A DNA stretch of 64,000 nucleotides, taken from positions 28,460,001-28,524,000 of the forward strand of contig NC_086118.1 in assembly GCF_963921235.1 (NCBI RefSeq), written 5' to 3'. Positions 25,283 to 39,079 of this stretch are shown piece after piece. Position numbers and translations under genes: made by a program. The DNA is from Mobula hypostoma. Taxonomy: Eukaryota. The notes below the pieces were generated by a model. The model was not told the origin of the DNA and searched no databases. It saw only the letters and a list, made by a program, of their open reading frames with translations. Position 1 is the first letter of the stretch. Every line of letters begins with the position of its first letter.

Positions 25283-26224
25283 TCAATAGATAAATAAATA
25301 AACAGCATCTTGGAAATGATATAATTTGATGGAGTTTGCATTTGACTTGACTTCCATGCTACTGCACATGAAGAAGGGTTGTGTGTATCAGGTGGGGCAT
25401 CTGCTTTCGATGCTTCTAGACCACAAAATAAGGCCAGTCGGATAAATAGCAATCACCTGAATTTGAATAGCACAGGTACTTTAATAAAATATCCTGAATA
25501 ACTGAACAAATGTGTTATCAAACTGCACTTGATAGAAATGAAAATGTTGAAGTTACACTTATAGGGTCATACAGCATAGAAATATGCCTTTCTGTCCACT
25601 ACATCTGTGCTGACCAGTCTGTTTATTCACATTAATTTCACTTGCTTGCATTAAGTCTGTATTCTTCCCCTTGCCAGTGATCTTGTGAATGTCAGGGAAT
25701 CTGACCGCAGTATTCAATGCTGATAATTATAGAGCTAATCACCTTGCTCTGGATGTGATATGATAAGGCTGGTGCAATTTTTCATCCCTTGAACTCAAAT
25801 TGCCTGGATAACAAGCATGGTATTTCCCCTAGTCTTTTTGTTTCCTGTACCTGTCAAAGCAATCTAATTGAATCAGCGAATCAGACCCACATCTTCCTTT
25901 TCTCCGTGTCATATGGCAACAGAAATAAGCCTTTTGGTTCAATTTGTCCATGCTGACCAAGATGTTTATTTGAGCTCGTTCCATTGGTCAGCATTTGACC
26001 CATATCCAACTTGCCATTTCCTATCCTTGTAACCATCCAAGTGTCTATAAACATTATAATTGCATCAAACATTATCACTGTACCTGCCTCTATAGCTTGC
26101 TCTGGCATGTTGTGCCAAGTACCCACCATGTTCTGTGTGAAATTCTTGTCCTTCAGGTTCCTTTTTAAACTCATGCCACTCTTGACTTAAACCTATACTC
26201 TCTAAATTTTAGACCCACTTCAAC

Positions 26225-27445
26225 GTTCAAAGTAAATTTATTATCAGAGTGCATGTATGCCACCGTGTACAACCCTGAGTTTCATCTTGCGAGCTTACAC
26301 AGAATCCAAGAAACACGACAGACTGCACCCAGCAGGACGGACAAACAGCTAATGTGCAAAAGACAACAAACTGTGATATACAAAAGGAGAAAAATAAGCA
26401 ATGAATATTGAGAACATGAGATGATTAAGATTAGGCCCTTTATTGATCAGGGTTGACCATGGGTGTTGTGTCCTAGCTGTCTATACAAGCCGGTAGGCAA
26501 GCCAGGGCAGTACGATATGGAGAGCAAGCTGTTGCCCATGCAGCTGGCTTCCACTCCCCACATAGCTGATGAATCCAAAGGAATGGCAGAGCAGATGTAT
26601 TTTGGTACCGGGGTGTCGCACGAGTTGCCAGTCAGGATTTAAGTCAATGTACAACTGCCTTAGAGACTCCAGCTCTGGATTTTTCCTCAGGGTGTACTAC
26701 TGAAGCCTTCCCCATGAATGGGTATAGCCACAAGGTCACAAAGGCTTGAGATCAGAGTATTCCTTCTCCCAGGTAGGCTGCCAACCACGGCTGTCAAGTC
26801 CCATCTGGCCGAAGTGAACAGCAACCCACCTTAGCACTTCTCCTGTCGTTAGAAACTGTTCTGCCGGGCTTAGTAGCTAAGCCACATATGAAGGCCAGAT
26901 ACTGGATTTGGTTGTCAGAGGCAATTTGAGATGCACACCACTGGGAACATTTAATAGGTAATGGGAGCTTATCCCCCTATCTCCTTCAGCTATGACAACC
27001 TTAAGGAACTTCATGAGATGAAGGATCCTTGATAGTGAGTCCATAGGTTATGGAAATAGTTCGGTGATGGGGCAAGTGAAGTTATGTCCTCTGTTTCAAG
27101 AACCTGATGGTCAAGGGGTAATAACTGTTCCTGAACCTGGTTGTATGGGTACTGAGGTTCTTATACCACCTTCTGATGGCAGCAGTGAGAAGACAGCATG
27201 GCCTAGAGGTCCTTGATGGACGCTGCTTTCCTGCGACAGCCCTCCGTGTAGATGTACTCAATGGGGGGGGGGAGGGCTTTACCCATGATGGTATGTTAGT
27301 ATCCATTTTTTGTAGGATATTCCATTCTAGGGCTTTATTGTTTCCATACCAGGCAATGATGCAACCAGTCAATATACTCTCTACTACACCTTTAAAGAAG
27401 TTTATCGAAGGTTTACGTCATGCCAAATCTTCACATAATCTTATC
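26225..27445 (-). mobile_element. Rex/Babar-type LINE 3' fragment with nested insertion
   Basis: TGCIIAWYGN...THTTRFRNSYYPLTIRFL in ORF 27082-27372; interrupted by 26425-27011. Confidence 0.7.
26425..27011. mobile_element. SINE-like non-autonomous insertion
   Basis: Flanked by a 10-bp duplication catgagatga (26415-26424 and 27012-27021). Confidence 0.6.
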
Positions 27446-27449
27446 CTAG

Positions 27450-27810
27450 GAAAATGACTTTGACCATGCACCTGATCGATGCCCATCAAGATCTAGAGAA
27501 AAATAGTTCCACCCCATCCAGTCCTGCTAACGTACTTGTAAATCTCCTGTGCACCCTTCCTTGCCAAATGACAACACTCCTATATCTGGATAACTGGAAT
27601 TGCACACAATACTCCATGTATGGTCTCATAACTTTTTGTACAGTTGTAACACGGCACCCCAACTCCTTGCCCTGATTGATGAAGGTAAGCATCCCAAATT
27701 CCACCTTCACAATGCTTCCAACTTGTGTTGCCACTGTCGGGGAGCTGTCTACCAGTATCCCTTGGTCTTTTCTGTTCTACAACCCTTTCCAGAGCCCAGA
27801 CATTACACTA
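27450..27810 (-). mobile_element. CR1 LINE fragment
   Basis: ATQVGSIVK...RPYMEYCVQF motif in ORF 27486-27734. Confidence 0.65.
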
Positions 27811-28489
27811 TTGCCTGACTTTTGTTTATCACCATACAGAATGTGTTCTAAATATCTTTCACATCTGCTGGTTAGAATGGAGCATATTATAAGCAGACAT
27901 CACATTTGCATGTTGCTAATTACTGTGTCTACCCTTTAATAGGGTGTGGCTCAGCTTGCCTGACTATGGACCGGGCTTAAACAGGTCTTGGCAATGCTTT
28001 ACACGGGCGTCTATTCCTAGGCTGTACCAGAAGAAATCGCCCTACTCCCAGACACTAACTTCTAATGTAGGTCAATTTATTTTGCAAATACAACATAGAA
28101 CAGTGCTTCACAGGAACAGGCCCCTCAACCCACAGTGTTGTGCTGAACCAATTAAATTAGTAATCAAAAATACAAATACTTTTTCCTCAACTATGTTGGC
28201 AATGGAAGGGAATGTGGCAAGGCTGAGGTGTGTGGGTCTCAACAGCTACTGTATTCGAATCCCCCCCCCCACCAGCCCCATCCTGCCTCACAGCGCTACT
28301 TCAAAACAGTTGCTATGTTTACAAAAGGCGGTTTACCTACTTTTAGCCGCAGGCAGGGATCTGCGAGAACCATACTGCAGTTTTCTATGGAAATCTTGGT
28401 AAAGCTGGTTCTATTTTCCAATGCTACTCATTTGACTGTCAGCAACTTTGCCTTGCAATCCAAGTGCATGGGAATAAGGTGGTCCCAAA

Positions 28490-30162
28490 CTTGAGGGTAT
28501 GCAGGCAATTACTTCCTACAAGGCGAAACTTCACGTCATTAATGGCTGTGATGCTTCACTCCCAGATGAGCTCAACGTCTTTTATGCATCTTTGAAAGGG
28601 AGAATAAAAACAACACCTCTACGAATCCCTGCAGCATCGGGTGACCTTGAGATCACTGTGTCAGAGGCCGACGTTTGAACATCTTTCAAGAGGGTGAATT
28701 CTCGCAAGGCGTCAGGACTGATGGTGTGTCTGGTTGGGCATAGAAAACTTGTGTCGTCCAGCTGGCAGGAGTGTTCAAGGACAATGCCAATCTCCTACTG
28801 CTGCAGTCCTGAGGTTCCCATCTGCTTCATAAGGATGACAATTTTTGTCCCCCAAGAAGAGCAGGGTGAGCAGCCTCAGTGACGAACACCCAGTTGCATT
28901 CACATCTCTTGAGATGAAGTGCTTTGAGAAGCTGGCCGTGGCCAGAATTAACTCCTACTTAAACAAGGGCCTGGACCTGTTGCAACTTGCCAATCACCAC
29001 AATAGGTCTTCAGCAGATGCAGTCTCACTGGCTCTCCACTCGGCCATGGATCACCTTTTCAATAGTAATACCTGTGTCAAACTCCTGTTTATTGATGACA
29101 GCTCAGCGCGCAACACAGTCTAGTCAACAAACACAAGAACCTGGGCATCTGTACCTTCCTCTGCATAAAGATTCTTGACTACTTTCTCATTGGGAGACTA
29201 CTCTCTGTGGATCAGAAATAACATCTCCTCCTTGCTGACACTCAACAATGTGTGCTTAACCCATTGCTTCACTCTCTCTACACCCATGATTGTGTAGCTT
29301 GGCACAATTCAAACACCATCTATAAATTTGCTGATGACTCAACTGTTGCTGGCCGAATTTCAGATAGTGATAAGGAGGCGTACAGGAGCAAGATAGATTT
29401 TGAGTTTTGTCGCATCAACAGCATCACACTCAACGTTAGTAAGACCAAGAAATTGATTGCGAACTTCAGGAAGGGGAAGTCAAGGGAAAACACACCATTC
29501 TTCATTGAGAGATCAGCATTGGAAAGGGTAAAACATTTCAAGATCCAAGATCCTGGGTGTCAACATCTCTGAAGATCAATTCTGGATCCCACATATTGAT
29601 GCAATTGCAACGAAGGCATGGCAGTGACTATACTTCATTAGGAATTTGAGGAGACTTGGTATATCACAAGGACTCTTGCAAATTTCTACAGGTGTATTTT
29701 GGAGAGACTTCTAACTGGTATGGAGGGGCCATTGCACAGGATCAAAAAAAGCTGCAAAAAGTTGTAAACTCAGTCAGCTCCAACGCGGGCTGTAGCCTCC
29801 CCAGAATCGAGGACACCTCAAAAAGGCGATACCTCGAGAAGGCATCATCCAACATTACGGACCCCCATCACCAAGGACATGCCCTCTTTGCTATCATTGA
29901 GGAGGAGATACAAGAGCCTGAAGACACATGCTCAATGTTTCAGGAACAGCTTCTCCTCTGCCATTTTCTCACTGGACTACAAAATAATGAATAGTACTTA
30001 ACTCTTTTTTTGCTCTCTTTTTGAGAGTTCTGTGAATACCCACAGTATTTCTTATTGTAATTTGTATAGTTTTAAAAATTATTATATATTGCAATGTGGT
30101 GCTGTCTCAAAACAGCAAATTTCACGACATGTACCAGTGACATTAAACCTGATTCTTATTCT
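28490..30162 (+). mobile_element. Rex1/Babar-type LINE, decayed RT and 3' end
   Basis: PVAFTSLEMKCFEKL, NRSSADAVSLALH, LLFIDDSSA, IYKFADDSTVAG and LNVSKTKKLIANFRK motifs; (gattct) tail. Confidence 0.85.
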
Positions 30163-30671
30163 GTGCTCAAAAGAGTCTGAGGTAACAATGATTCCTCAGT
30201 TGCGGATGCTGAATCCAGGGACAAGGCCAGCTTTCCCATTGATTTCAATGGAGTAGAAGGGCCACTCAAGGTTAGGTAAATTAATTAGGTCTTTTAACAT
30301 TTAGCTTAGTTAAGTGGATTATTTGATTTTTCACTGTTTTAGGTTTTATTTTTTTAAACTAACAGTTTAAATGGGTCTTAATCTTAATAGAACACAGAAG
30401 AATAGAGCACAGGAGCAGTTCCTTTGGCCAACAATGATGCCAAATGAAACGAATCCCTTTTCCCTTTACATGGTCCATATTCACCCATTCTACTCATGTT
30501 CTAAATGGTTTAAGACCGTCGTAATCATAAGTTTAAAATTGATTAATTCTCCCTTGGTGTACTAAACGTGTTGTTATGATGTATATGTCCATTTGGATAT
30601 TCTGAAAACATTTGTGAAACTGTGTGTAAATTTCCTTGTCCACATGTCCTCCTTTACCAAGTTTATATGTA

Positions 30672-31113
30672 GTTAGAAACATAGAAAACCTACAGCACAA
30701 TACAGGCCCTTCGGCCCAGAAAGCTGTGCCGAAAATGTCCTGACCTTAGAAATTACCTAGTGTTACCCATAGCCCTCTATTTTTCTAAGCTCCATGTAGC
30801 TATCCAGGAGTCTCTTAAAAGACCCTGTTGTATCCAGCTTCACCACCATTGCCAGCAACCCATTCCACGCACTCACAACTCTGCGTAAAGAAAAAACTTA
30901 ACCCTGACGTCTTCTCTGTACGTACATCCAAACACCTTAAAACTGTGCCCTCTCGTGCTAGCCATTTCAGCCCTGGGAAAAAGCCTCTGACTATCCACAT
31001 GATAAATGCCTCTCATCAACTTATACACCTCTGTCAGGTCACCTCTCATCTTCCATCGCTCCAAGAAGAAAAGACCGAGTTCTCTCAACCTGTTCTCATA
31101 AGGCATGCCCCCC
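30672..31113 (-). mobile_element. CR1 LINE 3' end
   Basis: YENRLRELGLFFLERWKMRGDLTEVYK...TRGHSFKV; (atagaaac) tail. Confidence 0.85.
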
Positions 31114-33858
31114 AGTTCCTAAAGATGATTGTGTGCAAAGCTGAAAGTTGACTGCTGGAAAAACTGTCAATATCCAAAGAACTCTTCTCGAAAGAGCCTT
31201 AGAAAAGCCTACCATGGAAGTGAAGGAAAAGGTGGGAGTGGGAGCATGCAGCAGTCTCCTATACGGCTGAGCACATATCATGTAGTAGTCTGGTGTGATT
31301 AACTCCCTGTGCCACAAATTGCCCAAAACCACTTTGAGTTGCAGTCTAACCAAGAAGCCAATGAGTCCAGCCTGTTGTTAAGAATTGGTTTGTACTAAAC
31401 AACTGTGAGCACTGCAGGGAGCATCATTTGTTAGACTCCATGATTCATGGTACCAGAGGCTGATTCTGATAGTGCTGTGTCCGAGATACCGATATAAAGA
31501 TATTAGCTGCCATCTCGTTTCCATTCCCAGAGTGTTGTGCCCTTAGCTTTTTACGTGTGAGTAGGGAAAGTAAATCATCCCTTAAAGCTCAACTTTCTGT
31601 CAGCAAGGGGTCATTTTATTGTCAAAGCATGCATGTACAATATGATATCGTACAATTCTGATAATCATCTTCTCCAGACAGCCATGGAATACAGAAAAAC
31701 CATGGGAATTGTTGAAAGAAGACATCCACTCCCCCACACACACACAAAAAAAGAAAAAGAAACAAAACTTGCAAATGTCAAACCCCTCGCTCACAGGGAA
31801 AAAAAGCTAACAGACTGCCCACACGGAAAATGGCAGCTGGATCATTAAACACCAAACTCCCCAGCTCCCTCCCTTGCACAAAAAATTAACAGATCGCCCA
31901 TCTGGAAATCGGCAACTAGAACGTCAACACCCTCAACCCCCAACCCCTTCCCTCGCAACAAAAAGTGACAAATACATCAACAACGCCCCCTTTTTGCAAA
32001 AAAGATCAGCGGCAATTGCATCAAACCCCAACTCCTCTCTCACACACACAAAAAAAGTCGCCCATAAAGAAAAATGCCAGGAAGAACAGCAGACCCCAAA
32101 TTCCCAACCCTTCCCTCGCACAGCGTTACATATCACACACCCACCAATCAACAGGAAAGAGAACAGAGATATCGGAAGCAGACCAGTACAAACTACACAA
32201 ATAAATCACATAGTTCTCAGAATTTCGAAAGTATCCTCCCATCAGCATCAAGGAGAGCAGCTGCACGAACTCGTTCCTGGGTCCGAAAGCTGCATTGTCC
32301 CGGCTACCAGCCCCTGCTGACCCCATGGCCTCCATGCAGAGTGACTGCTGACCTCCAACGCATTCGCCTCGATGCTTCAATCTTCCTGAAGGTAGAAATA
32401 GATACTTCTGCCTACCAAGTTCATACCAACCATCAAATGACCATTTCCATTTACCCTTAAATAATGCCTTTCTTTTTTTTTTCCTACATTTCCTTCAAAC
32501 ATAGATTCCACTACTCACCTACACACTAGGGATGGTTTACACTGGCCAATTAATCTTGCAACCTGTATGCCTCCTAGGATGTGGGAGAAGGGCTGCGTAA
32601 TCACAAGGAGAATGTGCGGACTCCACACGAACAGCAGTAGAGATCAGGATCGGCCTCAGTTGCCGAAGCTGTGTTGCAGCAGCTCTACAATTGTGCTGTC
32701 TATGATACCAAAAGCTCTTTGGAAGTCCATGTATTTAATATATTATCCCTCATTATAGATAAAATATTAATTTGGGTCTCTCAGATATGGTTAGACCAGT
32801 CTAGGCTGCCTCCCACCAATCAGCTAGAAATGTTTAAGGTGGCGTTTTATCTCTGTACTGAAACATTCTGCATTTATTTGCTAGAGAATAGTTCACCTAG
32901 AATGTTTTCTTATATTTTGGCTTTCTGTAACAGTGCAGGACCATGTGCAGTTCTATGTGTTTTTTAAGCTAAAGAATGGTTTTGAAATAGGGAGTATACT
33001 GGATTATAGTTGGGGCATCTGCAATAATCTCACGTACCTCAGACTTTGGGATAAAAGTCATCTGGACTCACCAATGTCCTTCACTGACACTTTCAGTGTC
33101 AATTTTTTTCTTCCCTCTAATCTTTGCTCTCACACATTTTGAGTCTGTGTCTGTCATTCGAAGTTCCATTTCAATTAATAGACAGTAAATTATGTGCAAA
33201 ATCCATACTTTGATCTAAGTACAGTGAAACTTGATACTTCATTTATGTCAAAATCATGCATCGGGGTGGTAGTAAAATGCTCTGGATAAAAATCAGCCTG
33301 CATCCTTTGCATGTGAAACCAGGTGGTTTGAAGATAAGACAGAGCCTTAAGTCTGTGGGTTGCTTTCAACTATGGGAAAATCGGAATCAGGTTTATTATC
33401 GCACTCATACGTCACTTATGGGAATTTGTTGTTTTGCATCAGTAGTAAGATGTCGAAGTGTTCAAAGTCTGAGTTTTTAATTCTATTAAATCAGTTTTAC
33501 AATTTATGCTGAATAACACATTGCACACGATATCTCTTGCACACATTAATGTTTAGCTAAGGCCAGTCCAAAGGTTACCATGGTTCAGTGAAATGACTGG
33601 CTTTTATCTTTGACAGCAACAACTTTTATTAGTGCATCCAGGGTCCAAGTGTTTAAGTTATTGGAACATGTTGGTTAGAGGCAGTGAGGTTATATTCAGA
33701 AACTGGTAAGGCACACTGAAATGAACAGAATGGAGACAATTTGTCAGCTTATGAAGGGGAAGATGGTGGATGTGTGGACCACCATAGTTTCAAAGTGGCC
33801 ATAATAAGAGACCAAGTGGAGATCAGCCTTAACCGAATTACTAAAATTCCCTCTAGGT

Positions 33859-33940
33859 CAGCGGTTCCCAATCTGGTGTTCACACACCCCTCAGTTCATG
33901 GTTGGGGTCAATGGCGTTAAAAGTAGTTGGGAACCCCCTG
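33859..33940. mobile_element. hAT/Charlie-type MITE
   Basis: CAGCGGTTCCCAA...TTGGGAACCCCCTG termini; 8-bp TSD ctctaggt/ctctatgt resembling the NTCTAGAN Charlie target. Confidence 0.7.
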
Positions 33941-36135
33941 CTCTATGTACTAGTCTTGCCATGTATCGTGCAAAACAGGAACAGAAGTAGACTGTATAGT
34001 ATGTTGTACTATCTTTCCTATGCAGTAAAATAATAACTAATCTAATATATAACCTTACCATTTTCCTGTACCATCCTCACAACCATACACCTATGTACAA
34101 TAACTGAGCATCCATAGAAGGGGTGAAGATATTACCAAAGATTCTGAGGTCTCAGATTTTTCTTATGAGTTCTATTTGACTATTGATTCTAGTACTAATA
34201 CTCAGAACTCTTCAGAAAGATCAATTAGGGGAGCATCAGTGATTCCCACACCCTGAGAAATTAACTAATAAAATGAGGTGGCAGTGGGAGGTCCACAACT
34301 GAATTGCCACTCCCAAATATATTAGGGTACATCAGAATTTAAAGACCTTTTTGATTTTGTATTGTGGTATAAGATACAGTAAAGCAATTTGACGAAATTA
34401 GCTTTTTTTCTTTAATTCTGTGAGTTAATATTTATTCATGAATATCCTCTTAATCCCCAAATAAGAGCCTAAAAGGCACCTCTCCTACATAATTCAGTCA
34501 TTTCCTGCCAGTATTTTCTGGACATTCTGTAAGGAATTATTCGGCTGTTGCTCAGGAATTTTAATGGAAAAATTAAGTTATCTATGACATGGTAGCCTGA
34601 TGGATCTGGAGGATTTACTTGAAGAAGTACTTGGAGGCCGTGCTTAACAATTTGCAACTGTGAAATATTAAAAAAAAGTTTGGTCAAGCCTAATTAAAAA
34701 GGTTGGCCAGTCAAGCCACAAATAAACTATAGGAGTAGCTGCTATTAAACGCAGCGTTTCTTTTGTGTAATGCCATGAAATACAGCATGTTTTTTTTACA
34801 TTTGCTTTGTGAAATATGGTAACAGTTTCTCTCAATTGTTCAAAATGACCATTTATTCAAAGATCAGAAGCTTGATTCTGATCATAAAGAAGGCTTAATA
34901 TCATGTGTGCAGGTGGTAATCTTGGGTTTTGTCTACCTTGGGGAGTACAGTTACTTGTAACTTTATTTTAAAATCTTATTCTCATATCTATTACGTTTTC
35001 CCCTTTTCCTACACTGCAACCATGTTATTACAAATGGACAGAACAGAACCAATTTGGGGTTAGGGAAGAAAAACTAATTAATTTCAAGGAGGCATGTAGA
35101 GTGTGTGTAATAAATTTGGAGAGGGTGGGTGGCATTTTAGACTCTTGGTGTGGTACAATTTCTACAGTCTTGAGTATTATGAATATAATTGACTTTTAAG
35201 AAGTTTAAATTTTTTTATATTTAAATAGGGACTCATCTGGCGGTAGTATTGTATGTGAGCTGATTAGTGTATCGTGATACGTAATTGCTCCCAGAAGTTT
35301 GAAGATGCCTTTAAGATTTGCTCCTACTTCACTTAAGTATTTACTTAAATGCAGATAATGTAGATTCCATTTCCTTCTATTGATTTCTGTGTTGAATTAT
35401 TCGACCTTGCTGATAGCTCTTCACATCTTTGTTTGTTGCAATTTTATCTTATGTTGTCAGGCTTCGAAATCTGACTTCCAAAGAACTGAAGGAGCTAGCT
35501 TTCAATCATAGGCTTTTGACTAAGGCTGAGATGTCTGTGCAAAGTCATTGAGTAAGCCAGTTGGGCTTAGCTTGGAATGAGCAAGTTGAAGTGTCATGCT
35601 TTTATTATCACTATAAGGGATCTGAGATCATATTAACTTGAAATGGTTTAGGATTTGGAAAGATGTGGGGCATGGAATTTCAGAAATTTGATGGAAAAAG
35701 AAATGGCTTTTGAAACCATCCCAGAAAATGTAATTTGTAAGGGCCCGGTCATGAGCCCATGACTGCTAAATGTCTTTAGCACCCAGCAAGGGTAAAATGT
35801 TTGAGCGGTAGAACACAAGTGATACTTTCTGGACTTGTTTATTTGATCAGACGATGAGTCGGGGATGAGCACTGAGTCATAATAATTCTGCCTTTTTGGC
35901 CATAAAGTGCTGGCTTCCATGGAAAAAACTTGGCAAACATCCCTTCATCCTTTTAATATCCAATGCTTTAAAATCAATTTGAAATTGGCCGTTAGCTTTT
36001 TACAATGGCTGAAGTGGTTAAGTATTTGTCAAAAAAAAAACAACAGGAGTTCTGCAGATGCTGGAAATTCAAGCAACACACATCAAAGTTGCTGGTGAAC
36101 GCAGCAGGCCAGGCAGCATCTGTAGGAAGAGGTGC

Positions 36136-36171
36136 AGTCGACGTTTCAGGCCGAGACCCTTCGTCAGGACT
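36136..36171 (-). ncRNA. Minimal hammerhead ribozyme motif
   Basis: Reverse complement of 36205-36240; core intact. Confidence 0.65.
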
Positions 36172-36204
36172 AACTGAAGGAAGAGTTCAGTTAGTCCTTC
36201 AGTT

Positions 36205-36240
36205 AGTCCTGACGAAGGGTCTCGGCCTGAAACGTCGACT
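36205..36240 (+). ncRNA. Minimal hammerhead ribozyme motif
   Basis: AGUC / CUGACGA / AGG-GUCUCGG-CCU / GAAAC-GUC / GACU; predicted cleavage after C36236. Confidence 0.7.
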
Positions 36241-39079
36241 GCACCTCTTCCTACAGATGCTGCCTGGCCTGCTGCGTTCACCAGCAACTTTGATGTGTGT
36301 TGTAAGTATTTGTCAGGATGCCAGAATACTGACTCAGAGGTCCACAGAACTTCATGGTCCCTGAATAAGGAGTGTGATTACGGGAAAGGGAGGCAATTGA
36401 GACCAAGTGTTCAAGGTGTTAGGACAGGTAAATACTTCCATCTTTAGCTTGATTAAATTACTTGTATTTCCAAGATTGCAATGCCAAACCGTAGCCCTAA
36501 AGAAAGAAGAAAAATAGGTGGTGAGGTTCCGTGGAAATGGTTTTGTTTTATCACATGCTTGAAATATTCTGCATCTCTTACAAGGGTAAAATGTTGCCAA
36601 ATATCATTATGTCAAACAACCTCTCACTTAGTGTGATTGTCAGTATTTTACTTTTAGGAATGCATAAACAAGATTTGTTTCTATCTATAGACTATTTGAT
36701 ATGCAGGTATAAAAAAGACAATCTAATATTGTTTCCACTGTATCTTTATCCTCTCTTGCATTGAAAGCCATAGTGAACAAAACACTCTTCTGTGATTGGT
36801 TTAATTCTTTATATTCAATGTGTCATGTGGTTTTGATTTTCCATTTTCCACCTGAATTGCTTTAAATACTTCTATTTTTTTAATTGTTCGTATTTTGACA
36901 TGGCAATTGTCATTTCATGGTGATTTCAGATTTGGTTAAAAAAATTTCAATCTCAAAATGATACTTTATTGTTTACCTTGAAGGATCATTATTTAAAGAA
37001 TCTGAAATGGAACAATATCCCTTAACTGATACAAAAAAAAGCAAAATCATCGCCCACTTGCTATTGAACACCGTGCTCCTTATTCTTCTGTGGAAAATTC
37101 TTGCTGGGAACTTCATTATTGGCATTAGTGCAGCACTTTGACTTCCAGAAGCTTCTTGTTTCAGGCTGGTGTCTCATTTCATTTCAGCTTGCTGAGATGA
37201 GCAGCTTCATCAACACAAGGATTGGAAAATGCATAAATGCTGAAATAAGTCATCCTTTGCGCCTGATTTCTGTCTGTCTGCCAACTTAAAGCATAGCAGA
37301 ACAATTTAAAGTGCTAATGTTCTACTGTCAGTATTGTGAGGTGATGGAAAGTACAATCTCCGCATAACAGCATTAAAATCTTGGTTGGGCATGGCATTAG
37401 TATAGTTGGTACTTAGGTTTCCCTGTAGAGTAGACTTTTAGGTCAGTTAAGGGCCAATAACAGTCTAGAATTTTTTTGTTCTTTAGTTGAGACAGTGTTT
37501 ATAGTTTATCCCCAGCTCTGAAGGTGGTGGTGAGGTGTGGTTTAGGTGTAAACTCCAGGATTTTCAGCAAGCAAAGATGAAAGACGTGGATACGTTCTTC
37601 ATTCAGTGTAGTATTTAACCTGAAGAGAGCCTGCAGATGGTGGCATGACCTTGTGTTAGTTTTGTTTTTCTCAGTGGTCGAGCTAGCAAAGAAACACGGG
37701 CCGGCTATTCTAGCACAGCTTGTAATTTGAATTCCTCTACTTTTGGCATGAGTCTGGTATGCTCATAGCAACATTATTTTTAACTTTGCAACTTTTAGAT
37801 ATTGTGCGCACATTTGACTTAACTCATTTGTTCTGCTATGCAAAGCAGTCTTAGTGTGAAAACACTGGAAGTGCAGATTTTTGTTTCTGAGACTGGGTGT
37901 TGCCATTGGAATTCTAATGGATCAAGTCCAAATTCTGGATTATTTTAAAAATTGGACAACATGGGCAAGAGTCTCAGCTGAGCTGTTGGTCAGGATTTTT
38001 ATTTTTCCATTTTCAGGCTGTAATTTGCCTTGAAAAAGCTAGAAGTTTCAAATGGGGAAGAGAGCTGATGAAAAAGGAAGTGCTACTGAAATTATCCTGG
38101 GAAGGGAATCAAGCTACCCAATGAATTTCAAAGCCTCTACACCATGACAAACGGAACATATGTTAAAAAGTTTTACTTCGTTGGTTTCTTTTTTTTTCAA
38201 ATACTTTCGCCAAGTGTTACTGTTCCTTTTGAATGGGACTGCCTGGGTTTGCCTTGTAAGTACTGGCAAGTTCCAGCATCCCATCAAGATGCTGAAGCCT
38301 TGTACTTCCAAGTACAATGCTGCCAGTAGATTTTAAGCTGGACCATTAAGTTGAACTGGGAGTTAATGGTTGTGAGAAATGCAAGTCATATTTTTTATTT
38401 AAATACCTGTATTTGTGGTATTATTTCTCAAAATATATACTCTTATTTATTTTGCAAACATATTTAAAAACATATCATTCTGTTAATAAACGATACTGCA
38501 AATGCAGATCATTAAAAGAAAAATGCGACTTGCCTTTGGTCACAACCCTATTCAATTCAAGGGTTTGTTTTTGGGAGTACAGCTGGCAGAATTCTGAAAT
38601 GCAGTCCAAGACTCGAGTATATTTTGTGGGATGTCAGAGCTCGCTGACACTCTGAAGGTAAACCCTGGCAATTCTATGAAAAGTCTACAGCAACACTCGG
38701 CAGAGTGTACATTAGAAACAAAACCAACAGTGTAGAATCTCTTAATATCTGTTCCATTTGTCCCAAGATTTTAGACAAGTATATCTCAAAGATTCTGAAA
38801 CGTTGTTAGCTGTAGTGCATAGCAAAGCCCAGTGAGCGTAGCTTTACCACTAGTCATCTCTAAGAGACGTCTGTGAGTGGGCTTGTCTAAGCTCCACCCT
38901 TTGTTCTAGGTCACCTAATACTGCTCAGGGTCCTGTTTCTGGGCTCCAGGTTGGCCTTGGATATGGAATTGTTTTTATCTACTGTACGTGGGCAAGGATT
39001 GATGTGATTCGGTTGCAGTTGCGCTCAGTATCATCCAGTCCATTGATTCATAGAAATATTATGACATAGGAGGCCACTT

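Larger units (their letters stand above)
36032..36302. mobile_element. Short fold-back Penelope-like insertion (perfect 108-bp inverted repeat)
   Basis: Arms 36074-36181 and 36195-36302 are exact reverse complements; 13-bp TSD taagtatttgtca (36019-36031 and 36303-36315); same pLTR family as 24033-25036. Confidence 0.88.

Noticed and set aside
38621..38663. ATG...CTGAAG|gtaaac mini-exon (MSELADTLK)
   Set aside because: The phase-0 donor is incompatible with the phase-1 SEPT9 acceptor, and there is no homology.
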